This document shows, piece after piece, positions 27,575 through 37,045 of a stretch of DNA of 49,982 nt; the stretch's first letter is position 1, and each line of letters starts with the position of its first letter. Under the pieces are notes generated by a model, which ran no database searches, was not told the DNA's origin, and worked only from the letters and a program-made list of their open reading frames with translations. The DNA is from Candidatus Aenigmatarchaeota archaeon. GTDB taxonomy: Archaea; Aenigmatarchaeota; Aenigmatarchaeia; QMZP01. The stretch lies in contig JAFCEK010000001.1 in NCBI GenBank assembly GCA_017609225.1, positions 1 to 49,982 of the forward strand, read 5' to 3'. The translations under genes and the position numbers were made by a program.

Positions 27575-28012
27575 CTACCTGCCGTTTCTCACAAAGCTTT
27601 TCAGCTGTTTCTGGCCTTTCCATTCATTGTATTCGTTTTTTATCTTGAACTTTTTAACCAGCTCCCTGTTCCTGTCAACATCAACAATAAAATTTCCTGT
27701 AAGTATGTCTCTGCCTATAATTATGGGAAATGTCATATGCGACCTGTCCTGCAGATTGACCTCTGCATCAAATTTTCTGCCCTTTATTTTTATCTTCCCT
27801 GAAACCACAGGCCTGTAAATCCTTGCCTTGATTGAGGGGTTTTTGATTTTTGTTGTTCTGACAACAGGACCAAGCTTTGCCCTTGAGGCAAGCTTTGTGT
27901 CAACAGAGGTAAAGCTGGCCCCTGTATCAAAAAGCGCGTATGTTTTCACTGTTTTTTCCCCTATGAGTTCTATTTTCTCCACAAGCCCTATAACCCTTTT
28001 TTTCCTGACCAT
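27575..28012 (-). CDS. Retropepsin-like aspartic protease domain protein
   Basis: YALFDTGASFTSV contains the D-T-G-A aspartic protease signature. The 145-aa size fits single-domain retropepsin-like archaeal proteins. Confidence 0.6.
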   Translation of the reverse strand: MVRKKRVIGLVEKIELIGEKTVKTYALFDTGASFTSVDTKLASRAKLGPVVRTTKIKNPSIKARIYRPVVSGKIKIKGRKFDAEVNLQDRSHMTFPIIIGRDILTGNFIVDVDRNRELVKKFKIKNEYNEWKGQKQLKSFVRNGR

Positions 28013-28054
28013 AAATCACTACTTAATTATATTTCCAAACACCCATTAATAATT

Positions 28055-29602
28055 ATGCCGGATTTTTTTGAGCATCCCCTGATAAAAAAAGGAAAAATCC
28101 AGGCAAGGGCATACCAGGAAGCCATACTTAAGGAGGCAATGAAAAACAACCTTCTCGCAGTGCTTCCCACAGGGCTTGGAAAAACACCTATAGCTGTAAT
28201 GCTTGCAGCCAGGAGGCTTGAGCAGTTCCCTGAGGGAAAGATTATTGTAATGGCACCTACAAGGCCGCTAACAAACCAGCATTTCAAAACATTCAGGGAT
28301 TTTCTGAACATGCCGGAGGAAAAAATGCAGGTGCTTACAGGGAATGTCAAGCCCAGCAAAAGAGAAGCCCTTTACAGGGAAAAACAGATAATATTTGCCA
28401 CACCCCAGACCATACAAAGGGATATAGAGTCAGGCAGATTAAGCCTTAGGGATGTTGTGCTGCTTGTTACAGATGAGGCGCATCATTCAATAGGAAGGTA
28501 TTCATATCCTTTTGTTGCAAAAAAATATCTTGAGAAATCAGAACACCCAAGAATACTCGGACTTACAGCAAGCCCCGGGGGAACCAGGGAAAAAATAATG
28601 GAGATATGCAGCAATCTGGGTATAGAATCAGTTGAGATAAGAACAGAAAAAGACCATGATGTCAGCCCATATGTAAAGGAGAAAAAAATAGAATGGTTTT
28701 ATGTTGAGCTGCCTGAAAGCTTCCTGAGGGTAAGCAGACTCCTGAGCGAAGCATACAGCAAAAAGATAGAAGGGCTCAGGAAATGGAGAATGGTGGGCAG
28801 GAGAAGGATTTCAAAAAGGGAGCTGCTGCATCTCCAGAAAACTCTCATATCCAAGATAAAGCAGGGCAACAGGAAGGCGTTCATACCCATATCCCTGGTG
28901 ACACAGGCAATAAAGATTGAGCATGCCCTCGGGCTCCTGGAAACCCAGGGAGTTGGCATTCTTGAAAAATACTGGAACAAACTCAGATCAGAAAAATCAA
29001 ATTCAACCAAAAGAATGCTTGCAAACAAAAACATAAGCCAGGCAATGAACCTGACAAGGGGGCTTCTTGAATCAGGTTCAAGGCACCCCAAGATCGGCAA
29101 ACTGTGCTCAATAGTTGAACAGCAGCTCAGAAAAAAGCCGGAATCCAAAATCATAATATTTGCCAACTACAGAAGCACTGTAAAGGAAATAGTTGATGTT
29201 CTTGGCAGGATAAAAAGGGCAAAGCCTGTTGAATTTATCGGCCAGAGGTCAGGAATAACACAGAAAGAGCAGATGAAGAGGCTTGGCGATTTCAGGTCAG
29301 GTGCCTATAATGTGCTTGTTGGAACCAGCATATCAGAAGAGGGCCTGGACATCCCGGAAATGGATATGGCAATTTTTTATGAGCCTGTTCCCTCTGAAAT
29401 CCGCTCCATCCAGAGAAGGGGAAGGGTGGGCAGGCAGAAGTTTGGCAGAATAATAATCCTTATAACAAGGGGAACAAGAGATGAGGCCTACTTCTGGACA
29501 GCAAGAGCCAAGGAAAAAAGAATGAAAAAAACACTTTATGACATGAAGCATGACAAAAAACCACTGAAAAAAACAGGCCAGTACACACTCGGGGATTTCT
29601 GA
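28055..29602 (+). CDS. hef: Hef/FANCM-family SF2 helicase (no nuclease domain)
   Basis: Motif I LPTGLGKT, motif II DEAHH, motif III TASP, motif VI QRRGRVGR. Ends after the helicase core. Confidence 0.85.
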   Translation: MPDFFEHPLIKKGKIQARAYQEAILKEAMKNNLLAVLPTGLGKTPIAVMLAARRLEQFPEGKIIVMAPTRPLTNQHFKTFRDFLNMPEEKMQVLTGNVKPSKREALYREKQIIFATPQTIQRDIESGRLSLRDVVLLVTDEAHHSIGRYSYPFVAKKYLEKSEHPRILGLTASPGGTREKIMEICSNLGIESVEIRTEKDHDVSPYVKEKKIEWFYVELPESFLRVSRLLSEAYSKKIEGLRKWRMVGRRRISKRELLHLQKTLISKIKQGNRKAFIPISLVTQAIKIEHALGLLETQGVGILEKYWNKLRSEKSNSTKRMLANKNISQAMNLTRGLLESGSRHPKIGKLCSIVEQQLRKKPESKIIIFANYRSTVKEIVDVLGRIKRAKPVEFIGQRSGITQKEQMKRLGDFRSGAYNVLVGTSISEEGLDIPEMDMAIFYEPVPSEIRSIQRRGRVGRQKFGRIIILITRGTRDEAYFWTARAKEKRMKKTLYDMKHDKKPLKKTGQYTLGDF

Positions 29603-29758
29603 GATAGTTTTTTAAAACTAACTGCCAATCTAATTCCATGGACAGTGAGTTTTCAGGCTGGTCAGAAAGCTGTTTTTCTAGTTTTTGCTCCTGTTCATGC
29701 TCATTCAGCTCAGGATGCTGAATCCTGCTGCATTGGTTCTTTCTCTTAAGGTGATATT

Positions 29759-30043
29759 ATGAAGCCTGCCGAGAGATTCTGGGAACTCTATGAAAGAAGA
29801 TTTGGAGAATACAAGCCCCCTGTGCCTGATTTAGGCTGTGATATAATGGAGATTGATATAGCCTATGATGGCAGCACTGAAACAATCCGTCTGGAGGGAA
29901 CCAGAGGAGCAACCTTCCCGAAAACAGGAGAAAGAGGAATAGAAATAGTATTAAATGAGCTGAGACAAGAATATAATGACAAAATCAAAATAACAACCAG
30001 AAAAACCACACATGGAAATAAATGGGCTGGTGGAGATGCTTGA
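29759..30043 (+). CDS. Hypothetical protein (94 aa)
   Basis: AGGTGAT SD lies 3 nt upstream of the ATG. Its stop overlaps the serS start (ATGCTTGA). No recognisable motif. Confidence 0.45.
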   Translation: MKPAERFWELYERRFGEYKPPVPDLGCDIMEIDIAYDGSTETIRLEGTRGATFPKTGERGIEIVLNELRQEYNDKIKITTRKTTHGNKWAGGDA

Positions 30044-31304
30044 CATAAAATTAATCAGGGAAAACCCAAAGCTGGTTGAGGAGAATCTGAAGAAGAGAAG
30101 AGACCCCGAGAAGCTGAAGCAGCTTAAACAGCTGATTGAAAAAGACAGGGAATGGAGAGAGGTCCTGTATAAAGTGGAGCAGCTCAGGCGCAGAAAAAAC
30201 ATTGTTACAAGAGAGATTGCAAGGAAAAAAGACAATGCAAAGATAAAGCAGATGAAGAAGATATCAGGGGAGATAAAGGAGCTTGAACAGAAAAGCGAAA
30301 AGCTTAGAGCTGAAGTGAGAATGCTTCTGATGGGCATACCCAACATGCTGCATGAGTCTGTGCCTTATGGAAAGGATGATGAGGATAATGTTGAAATAAG
30401 GAGATGGGGCAAGGAGCCAAAATTCGGATTCAGGCCAAAAAACCATTTTGAGATTCTTGAGGGGCTGGGGCTTCTTGATGCAGAAAGGGCAGCAAAGGTT
30501 TCAGGGCATGGCTTCTTTTACTTTAAAGGCGCTCTGGCAATGCTTGACTATGCTCTTATAAAATACACAATAGATTTCATGGTAAAAAGGGGATATCTCC
30601 TTATAGAGCCGCCTTTCATGATACAGAGAAAGCCGTATGAAGGGGTTACAGACATGGAATTTTTCCAGGACCAGCTTTACAAGATAGAAAATGAAAATCT
30701 CTATCTTATAGCAACGTCCGAGCATCCAATGGCAGCAATGTTTATGAATGAAACCATTGACAGGAGCATGCTGCCCATAAAACTTGTCGGGGTTTCACCC
30801 TGCTTCCGAAAGGAAGTCGGGGCGCACGGGAAATACACAAAGGGCCTGTTCAGGATGCACCAGTTCAACAAGGTTGAGCAGTTTATATTCTGCCTGCCTG
30901 AGGATAGCTGGAAGTTCCATGAGGAGCTGCAGAAAAATGCAGAGGATTTGTACCAGAGCCTCGGCCTCCCTTACAGGGTGATGAATGTATGCACAGGGGA
31001 CATTGGCGACATAGCTGCAAAGAAGTATGACACTGATATATGGATGGCTGACGGGAATTACAGGGAGATTGGCAGCAATTCAAACTGCACTGATTACCAG
31101 GCAAGAAGGCTTAACATAAAATACAGGGAAAAGGAAGGAGCGCCACCATCAGGTTTTGTTCACACGCTGAACAACACAGCCATAGCAACAAGCAGGACCA
31201 TGATGGCAATAATTGAATACTACCAGCAGAAGGACGGAACAGTTAAAATACCAAGGGTTTTGTGGCCCTATATGAACGGAATCAGAAAAATGGAGAAGGT
31301 TTGA
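30036..31304 (+). CDS. serS: Seryl-tRNA synthetase
   Basis: MLDIKLIRENPKLVEENLKKR is the typical SerRS start. Class II motif 2 CFRKEVGAHGKYTKGLFRMHQFNKVEQF. Confidence 0.92.
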   Translation: MLDIKLIRENPKLVEENLKKRRDPEKLKQLKQLIEKDREWREVLYKVEQLRRRKNIVTREIARKKDNAKIKQMKKISGEIKELEQKSEKLRAEVRMLLMGIPNMLHESVPYGKDDEDNVEIRRWGKEPKFGFRPKNHFEILEGLGLLDAERAAKVSGHGFFYFKGALAMLDYALIKYTIDFMVKRGYLLIEPPFMIQRKPYEGVTDMEFFQDQLYKIENENLYLIATSEHPMAAMFMNETIDRSMLPIKLVGVSPCFRKEVGAHGKYTKGLFRMHQFNKVEQFIFCLPEDSWKFHEELQKNAEDLYQSLGLPYRVMNVCTGDIGDIAAKKYDTDIWMADGNYREIGSNSNCTDYQARRLNIKYREKEGAPPSGFVHTLNNTAIATSRTMMAIIEYYQQKDGTVKIPRVLWPYMNGIRKMEKV

Positions 31305-31397
31305 GAATTGTTTTTATAGATATTGTGATGTTTTAACCAAAGCATAAAAAATTTTAAGTCCTGAGCAAAATTTTAAGCTGTAAGGCAAATAATTATT

Positions 31398-32597
31398 ATG
31401 AAAATAATAATGATTGTTCTGGACGGGGCAGGAGACCTGCCTGACAGCAGTGGCAGCACGCCCATATCCCTGGCAAAAAAACCAGGCATTGATTCCCTGG
31501 CAAGAAAAGGCCAGGCAGGCCTGCTTGATATGGGTTACAAGGGAAGGAACGAGGATGTTAATTCTGACATGGGTTATCTTGTTCTGCTTGGCTGCTATTC
31601 AAAGGAAGATTATCCGGGCAGGGGATACATAGAGGCGCTTGGAGCAGGGCTTGAGCCAGGCCCTGATGACATAGCTATAAGAGGCAATTTTGCAACGCTT
31701 GATGCCCGGGGAAATATCAGAGACAGAAGGGCAGGCAGGGATGAAACAGGACTGGAGGAGCTTGCTGAAAAGCTTGACGGCATGGAGATAGACGGGGTTC
31801 ATTTTCAGGTAAGGAAATCATCAGGCCACAGGGTATGCATACTCATGAAAGGAAAAAACCTTTCTGACAATATTATGCCAAACGATACGCAAAGGGTTAA
31901 TGTCCCACTGCCGCAGATAAAGCCAAAGGGAATTGAAGCCAAGTTCACTGCTTCTGTGCTTAACAAGTTCATATACAGGGCAAACAAAATCCTCTCAGAA
32001 GATCCTGTAAACAGGAAAAGAAAGATGCCTGCCAACACAATCCTGATAAGAAATGCAGGGAGAAGGGTTGCTGTGAAAAGCTTTGGGGAAAGATTTGGCT
32101 TGAGGGCATGCAGTGTTTCAGGCCTTGCTGTTGTGAAGGGTGTGTGCAGATTCCTGAATATTGATAATATAGATGTGCCTGGAGCCACAGGCCTGCCTGA
32201 CACAGACCTTAAGGCAAAGGCAGATGCGGTTATTGAAAACATAAAAAACTATGATTTTGTTTTTTTGCACATAAATGGAATGGACACATTATCGCATGAA
32301 AGAAATCCGGAAGGAAAGAAAAAATTCCTGGAAAAGATAGACAGGATTGTGTTATCAGAGCTTATTAAGGAAATAAAACCCCGTGAGAATATTTATATAA
32401 TAACATGCGACCACAGGTCTGCAAGCAGCCCTTCATACAGGGGATATGAACACCTGACACTTCCTGTTCCTGCTCTTGTGTCAGGAAACGGGATAAAGCC
32501 ATCAGGCCTGAAAACATGGAATGAAAATGCCTGTGAGGAGGGATTTCATATTTCAGGCAATGATTTGATGCCCTGGATACTGAAAACCTTTAAATAA
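31398..32597 (+). CDS. apgM: Cofactor-independent phosphoglycerate mutase, archaeal type
   Basis: MIVLDGAGD metal-binding start. The length and overall pattern fit the ApgM family. Confidence 0.8.
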   Translation: MKIIMIVLDGAGDLPDSSGSTPISLAKKPGIDSLARKGQAGLLDMGYKGRNEDVNSDMGYLVLLGCYSKEDYPGRGYIEALGAGLEPGPDDIAIRGNFATLDARGNIRDRRAGRDETGLEELAEKLDGMEIDGVHFQVRKSSGHRVCILMKGKNLSDNIMPNDTQRVNVPLPQIKPKGIEAKFTASVLNKFIYRANKILSEDPVNRKRKMPANTILIRNAGRRVAVKSFGERFGLRACSVSGLAVVKGVCRFLNIDNIDVPGATGLPDTDLKAKADAVIENIKNYDFVFLHINGMDTLSHERNPEGKKKFLEKIDRIVLSELIKEIKPRENIYIITCDHRSASSPSYRGYEHLTLPVPALVSGNGIKPSGLKTWNENACEEGFHISGNDLMPWILKTFK

Positions 32598-32707
32598 CGT
32601 CAGTTTATATAATCTATAAATAAGATTTCCATAAGCATTCACTGGCAATCTTGAAAACAATAATGCCTGAATTCAACAAAATCGCTATTGGAAGATATTG
32701 GATTGGG

Positions 32708-32881
32708 TTACTGCTAACGCAGCAGAGGTTTAATAGTTAAAAAGCGGAGGTAGCAGGAAAGGCCTTCTCCGCCAATACAGCGAGAAGGTTATATAGCTAA
32801 ATAAGTGGAGGTATCAAGAAAAGCATTCTCCACTTGTATAGCAAACAAGTTGGAGAACTAAATAAGTGGAGGTATCATTAT
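32708..32881 (+). promoter_or_regulatory. psmA leader: three tandem hairpin-plus-AAG(C/T)GGAGGTA modules
   Basis: Hairpins at about 32711-32725, 32763-32788 and 32826-32857. Each is followed by (T)AA(A/T)A..AAGYGGAGGTA. The last GGAGGT (32868-32873) lies 8 nt before the ATG. Confidence 0.6.
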
Positions 32882-33586
32882 ATGGCACAGCCAATGCCGC
32901 CAAGTTATATGGCTTATGACAGAACCATCGTGGTTTTTTCACCGGATGGAAGGCTTTTGCAGGTGGAATATGCAAGGCAGATGGTAAAGAACGGCTCAAC
33001 ATCAATGGGAATTGTAACGAATAATGCTGTTTTGCTGGGGACCGTAAAGCCATTAATGCCTCTTGCAGTAGCAGAGTCCTACAAGAAAACACACAAGCTT
33101 GACGAGCACATAGCAATGGTTTCAGCCGGCAGCCTTGCAGATGCCAGAAGCCTTGCCGAACTGGCAAGGGTAAAGGCGCAGATAAACAGAATAACATACA
33201 GCGAGCCGGTATCTGTTTACACATTAACAAAATATATTTGCGACAGGAAACATCTTGTAACCCAGTATGCCGGTGTAAGGCCGTACGGGGTTGGTTTGCT
33301 TATAGGCGGAATAGACAAAGCAGGAGCCAGGCTTTTTGAAACAGAACCTTCAGGAACAATGATAGAATGGAAGGCGCAGGCAATAGGAAGAGGCGCAGAA
33401 AAGGCAAAAAAAGTGCTTGAAAGGGGATACAAGGATGGCATGGATGAAAAATCAGCTATCAAGCTCCTTCTAAAAGCCCTTAAATCAGGTGAAAAAACAC
33501 TAACACCGGAAAACATAGATGTTCTGGTGATAAAGAAAAACAGCATAGAAAGGCTTTCAAAGGAAGAACTGAAGAAAGCACTATAA
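32882..33586 (+). CDS. psmA: 20S proteasome alpha subunit
   Basis: MAQPMPPSYMAYDRTIVVFSPDGRLLQVEYA is the canonical alpha-subunit N-terminus. The ATG at 32882 follows a GGAGGT SD. Confidence 0.93.
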   Translation: MAQPMPPSYMAYDRTIVVFSPDGRLLQVEYARQMVKNGSTSMGIVTNNAVLLGTVKPLMPLAVAESYKKTHKLDEHIAMVSAGSLADARSLAELARVKAQINRITYSEPVSVYTLTKYICDRKHLVTQYAGVRPYGVGLLIGGIDKAGARLFETEPSGTMIEWKAQAIGRGAEKAKKVLERGYKDGMDEKSAIKLLLKALKSGEKTLTPENIDVLVIKKNSIERLSKEELKKAL

Positions 33587-33620
33587 TCAGTTGTGCCTGA
33601 AAAACTGGGCCTGCAGACTG

Positions 33621-33721
33621 CTAAGCTCCACTAATATAGCAAAACAAGTGGAGGTTGGGAAAGGCCTTCTCCACTAATATAGCAATGCAATAATATAGCA
33701 AAACAAGTGGAGGTTGTATAT
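33621..33721 (+). promoter_or_regulatory. SBDS leader: two CTCCACT...AGTGGAGGT hairpins, the second sequestering the SD
   Basis: CTCCACT 33626-33632 pairs with AGTGGAG 33647-33653. CTCCACT 33669-33675 pairs with AGTGGAG 33706-33712. GGAGGT is at 33709-33714 and the ATG at 33722. Confidence 0.55.
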
Positions 33722-34426
33722 ATGACTTCTGTAGACAAGGCGGTGACAGCAAGGATAACAAAGGACCATACAAGCTTTGAGATTCTTGTGGACCCTGACA
33801 AGGCACTTCAGTTCAAAAAAGGCATGGATGTTTCCATGGATAATCTTCTGGTTGTGAGAGAGATATTTACTGACTCAAAAAAGGGAGAAAGGGCATCAGG
33901 CTCTGACCTGGAAAAGCATTTTGGCACATCAGATGTGTTGAAAATTTCAGAGCAGATACTGAAAACAGGAGAGTTGCAGCTGACAACAGAGCAGAGAAGA
34001 AAGCTTCTTGATGAGAAGAAAAAACAGATAGCAAATATAATATCAAAACAGGGGATTGACCCGAAAACAAAACTGCCTCATCCCCCGCAGAGAATAATAA
34101 ATGCAATGGAAGATGCCCATGTAAGTGTGGAGGCGTTCAGGCCCGCAGAAGAGCAGATACAAAGGGTTCTGGATGCAATCCAGGAAATAATACCCATAAG
34201 CATAGAGAGGCTTGAAATAGCAGTAAAGGTGCCAATGCAGTATGCAGGCAAGGTAAGCTCAATAATGCATAACCTGGCTCCTGTGAAGAAGGAGGAATGG
34301 AAATCAGATGCCTGGCTTGCACTTATTGAAATTCCTGCAGGCATGCAGGCAGATATTTACAGCAAGCTGAATGATATGACATCAGGCCAGGTGGAGGTAA
34401 AAGTTGTAAAGAGAATACATGTATAG
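33722..34426 (+). CDS. sdo1: Ribosome maturation protein SBDS/Sdo1
   Basis: SFEILVDPDKALQFKKG N-terminal FYSH-domain pattern. Conserved position between psmA and rrp4. Confidence 0.88.
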   Translation: MTSVDKAVTARITKDHTSFEILVDPDKALQFKKGMDVSMDNLLVVREIFTDSKKGERASGSDLEKHFGTSDVLKISEQILKTGELQLTTEQRRKLLDEKKKQIANIISKQGIDPKTKLPHPPQRIINAMEDAHVSVEAFRPAEEQIQRVLDAIQEIIPISIERLEIAVKVPMQYAGKVSSIMHNLAPVKKEEWKSDAWLALIEIPAGMQADIYSKLNDMTSGQVEVKVVKRIHV

Positions 34427-34515
34427 GCAGATAATCAGCACTGATAACATCTATATATAAATAATGCCGCATAAAAATAGGATTATAGCGAAAAATAGTA
34501 AGGAATTAGGTTTGT

Positions 34516-35307
34516 ATGGAAAAAGCAGAAGCTGAAAAACAAAAAGGCGAAGGCAAGCTGTTAAAAGGCGAAAGAGAACTGGTTTTGCCAGGAGACAAGA
34601 TAGTGGAATCCATGGATTTCCTTCCGGGCAAAAACTGCTTCAGGGAGGGAAACACAATACTTGCAAAAAGACTCGGGATACTAAGCGTAAGCAACAGGGT
34701 TATATCTGTTATACCCCTGAACAGCGTGTACATACCAAAACCAGGCGACATGGTGATAGGAGAGGTTGTTGAGATTCAGCCAACCGGCTGGGTTGTGAAC
34801 ATAGATGCGCCCCAGGATGCATACCTTCCGCTTTCAGGCGTAAGAAAATTCATTGACACAACAAAAATGGATCTTTCCAAATTTTACGGGATGGGTGATA
34901 TAATATACGCAAAGATAGTATCTTCAAACCAGGGCTCAATCCATCTTACTATGCAGGATTCCAGGGCAAGAAAGCTGATAGGAGGAAGGATAGCGAAAAT
35001 AAACCCTGCAAAGGTTCCAAGGCTTATAGGAAAACAGGGCTCAATGATCAGCATGATAAAAAGCAAAACAGGATGCAGGATAAGCGTAGGCCAGAACGGG
35101 CTTATATGGATTGACGGAAAAAAATGCAATGAGGTTTTGATGGTTATAAAGCTGATTGAGGACGAGGCGCAGGTTGAAGGCCTTACAGACAGGATATCAG
35201 AAATGCTCGGAGGAGAGGAAAAAACCAAGGCAGGCAGCACAGGAAATGCAGCCAGCCAAGGCACGGAAGGGCATTCACAGGAGGAAGGTGTTAAAAATGA
35301 GAATTGA
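34516..35307 (+). CDS. rrp4: Exosome RNA-binding subunit Rrp4 (S1 + KH)
   Basis: S1 domain (PKPGDMVIGEVVEIQPTGWVVNI) and KH domain (VPRLIGKQGSMISMIKSKTGCRISV). Confidence 0.9.
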   Translation: MEKAEAEKQKGEGKLLKGERELVLPGDKIVESMDFLPGKNCFREGNTILAKRLGILSVSNRVISVIPLNSVYIPKPGDMVIGEVVEIQPTGWVVNIDAPQDAYLPLSGVRKFIDTTKMDLSKFYGMGDIIYAKIVSSNQGSIHLTMQDSRARKLIGGRIAKINPAKVPRLIGKQGSMISMIKSKTGCRISVGQNGLIWIDGKKCNEVLMVIKLIEDEAQVEGLTDRISEMLGGEEKTKAGSTGNAASQGTEGHSQEEGVKNEN

Positions 35308-35977
35308 CAAAAGAAAATATGACGAGTTAAGGCCGTTGGAAATAAAGGCAGGCGTTATACCAAACGCAAACGGCTCAGCCATGGTCAGAATGGGAAAAAC
35401 CATAGCTGTTGCAGCGGTTTATGGCCCAAGGGAGATGTTCCCGAAATTCAAGCAGAAATCAAACAAGGCTGTTCTGAACACATTGTACACGATGGTACCT
35501 TTTTCTACAACAGAAAGAGTAAGACCCGGGCGTTCAAGAAGGTCAATGGAGATATGCAAGGTAACAAGGCAGGCACTGGAACCTGCAATATTTCTGGAAG
35601 AATTCCCAAAATCAGTGATTGATGTTTACATAAACATAATACAGGCAGATGCAGGAACAAGAACAGCAGGAATAAACGCAGCCTCGGTTGCACTGGCAGA
35701 TGCAGGAATACCAATGAGGGATCTGGTGGCATCTGTTGCGGGGGGAAAAATAGGAAAAAACTTTCTTGTTGACCTCTGCATGGAAGAGGAGGAAGAAACA
35801 GAGGCTGATGTGCCTGTTGCTTACATGCCGAGAACCAGGCAGATAACACTCCTCCAGATGGACGGGGACCTGCCAAAGGAGGATGTAAAGGAAATAATAA
35901 AGCTTGCAATAAAATCAATTGAAAAAATATACAAAGAGCAGAGAAAGGCACTGGAAGCAAGGTGGAAAAAAGGGTGA
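35297..35977 (+). CDS. rrp41: Exosome RNase PH subunit Rrp41
   Basis: MRIDKRKYDELRPLEIKAGVIPNANGSAMVRMGKT is an RNase PH pattern. Its start overlaps the end of rrp4. Confidence 0.9.
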   Translation: MRIDKRKYDELRPLEIKAGVIPNANGSAMVRMGKTIAVAAVYGPREMFPKFKQKSNKAVLNTLYTMVPFSTTERVRPGRSRRSMEICKVTRQALEPAIFLEEFPKSVIDVYINIIQADAGTRTAGINAASVALADAGIPMRDLVASVAGGKIGKNFLVDLCMEEEEETEADVPVAYMPRTRQITLLQMDGDLPKEDVKEIIKLAIKSIEKIYKEQRKALEARWKKG

Positions 35978-35982
35978 TAAAA

Positions 35983-36753
35983 ATGATAATGCAGGACCAG
36001 TATGTGCTTGACATGGCAGCAGAAGGCAAAAGGGTTGACGGAAGAAAGCATGATGAATTCAGAAAAATAGAAATTGAAAAGAACCCCCTGGAAAAGCCTG
36101 AGGGCTCTGCAAGGGTAAGGATTGGCAAAACAGATGTTATAGTGGGTGTGAAAATGGAGGTTGGGGAGCCGTTCCCTGACAAGCCGGATGAAGGAACCCT
36201 GATGGTTGGAGCAGAGTTTTCTCCCATGGCATCGCCTGACTTTGAGGCAGGTCCTCCAAGGGAAGATGCTGTGGAGCTTGCAAGGGTTGTGGACAGGGGA
36301 ATAAGGGAATCAGGAGCAATAGATGTTAAAAAGCTGTGCATCAAAAAGAAAGAGAAGGTATGGATTGTTATGATTGACATTCAGATAATGAATCATGACG
36401 GGAACCTTTTTGATGCATCAACCCTGGGAGCTATAACAGCCCTGCTTAATACAAAAATACCGGAGTATGATGAAAAAAAAGATGAAATAAACTACGAGAA
36501 AAAAACAAAGGTGCTGCCTGTCACATGCAAGCCGGTTTCTGTTACATTTGCAAAGATTGGAAACCAGATTTTTGTGGACCCCGGCCTTGACGAGGAAAAC
36601 GTTGAAGGAGGAAGAATAACAGTCACAACAAAGGACAATGGAAATATATGCGCTATACAAAAGGGAAGTCCTGTGCCCTTTACACTGGATGAAATAGAAA
36701 AAATATTTGATATGGCAATTGAAAAAGGCAAGGAGCTGAGAAAGCTTGTTTGA
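35983..36753 (+). CDS. rrp42: Exosome RNase PH-like subunit Rrp42
   Basis: GKRVDGRKHDEFRKIEIEKNPLEKPEGSARVRIGKTDVIVGVK. The ATG at 35983 is preferred over the GTG at 35962. Confidence 0.88.
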   Translation: MIMQDQYVLDMAAEGKRVDGRKHDEFRKIEIEKNPLEKPEGSARVRIGKTDVIVGVKMEVGEPFPDKPDEGTLMVGAEFSPMASPDFEAGPPREDAVELARVVDRGIRESGAIDVKKLCIKKKEKVWIVMIDIQIMNHDGNLFDASTLGAITALLNTKIPEYDEKKDEINYEKKTKVLPVTCKPVSVTFAKIGNQIFVDPGLDEENVEGGRITVTTKDNGNICAIQKGSPVPFTLDEIEKIFDMAIEKGKELRKLV

Positions 36754-36769
36754 GAGCAGGAGATGAGAT

Positions 36770-36985
36770 ATGCCAAGAACAAAGAAAGTGGGTGCAGCAG
36801 GGAAGTTCGGCTCAAGATACGGAAAAACAATAAGAGACAGATATGTTGATATTCAAAAACTCAAAAAGAAAAAGAACACATGCCCAAAATGCCTGAGCCA
36901 GAGGATAAAAAGGGTTTCAGCAGGCATATGGGAATGCAGAAAATGCGGGCTGAAGTTTGCAGGCAAGGCATATAAACCCAAATGA
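36770..36985 (+). CDS. rpl37ae: Ribosomal protein eL43 (L37Ae)
   Basis: [18 protein letters not shown] plus the CPKC...CRKC zinc ribbon. Confidence 0.93.
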   Translation: MPRTKKVGAAGKFGSRYGKTIRDRYVDIQKLKKKKNTCPKCLSQRIKRVSAGIWECRKCGLKFAGKAYKPK

Positions 36986-37045
36986 GATATATTAATATAA
37001 AATATTTCTCCACTAATAGTCATGTGGAGCAAGGCTGTAGATTAT

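Noticed and set aside
29638-29721. 27-aa Cys/Ser-rich mini-ORF (MDSEFSGWSESCFSSFCSCSCSFSSGC) in the hef-serS spacer
   Set aside because: It has no SD, a low-complexity composition and nothing to indicate conservation. It is most likely chance.
32834-33721. Longer ORF-track starts for psmA (32834), SBDS (33707), rrp41 (35156), UPF0147 (37542), psmB (41163) and the DUF2073-like gene (42098)
   Set aside because: The extensions translate leader repeats or the upstream gene. Downstream ATGs give canonical N-termini (for example MAQPMPPSYMAYDRT for psmA) and are preceded by GGAGGT-type SD sites at 7-9 nt.
35505-36380. 291-aa ORF antisense to rrp41/rrp42
   Set aside because: It lies completely inside two well-supported exosome genes on the other strand. 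The translation is S/P/L-rich with no motifs.
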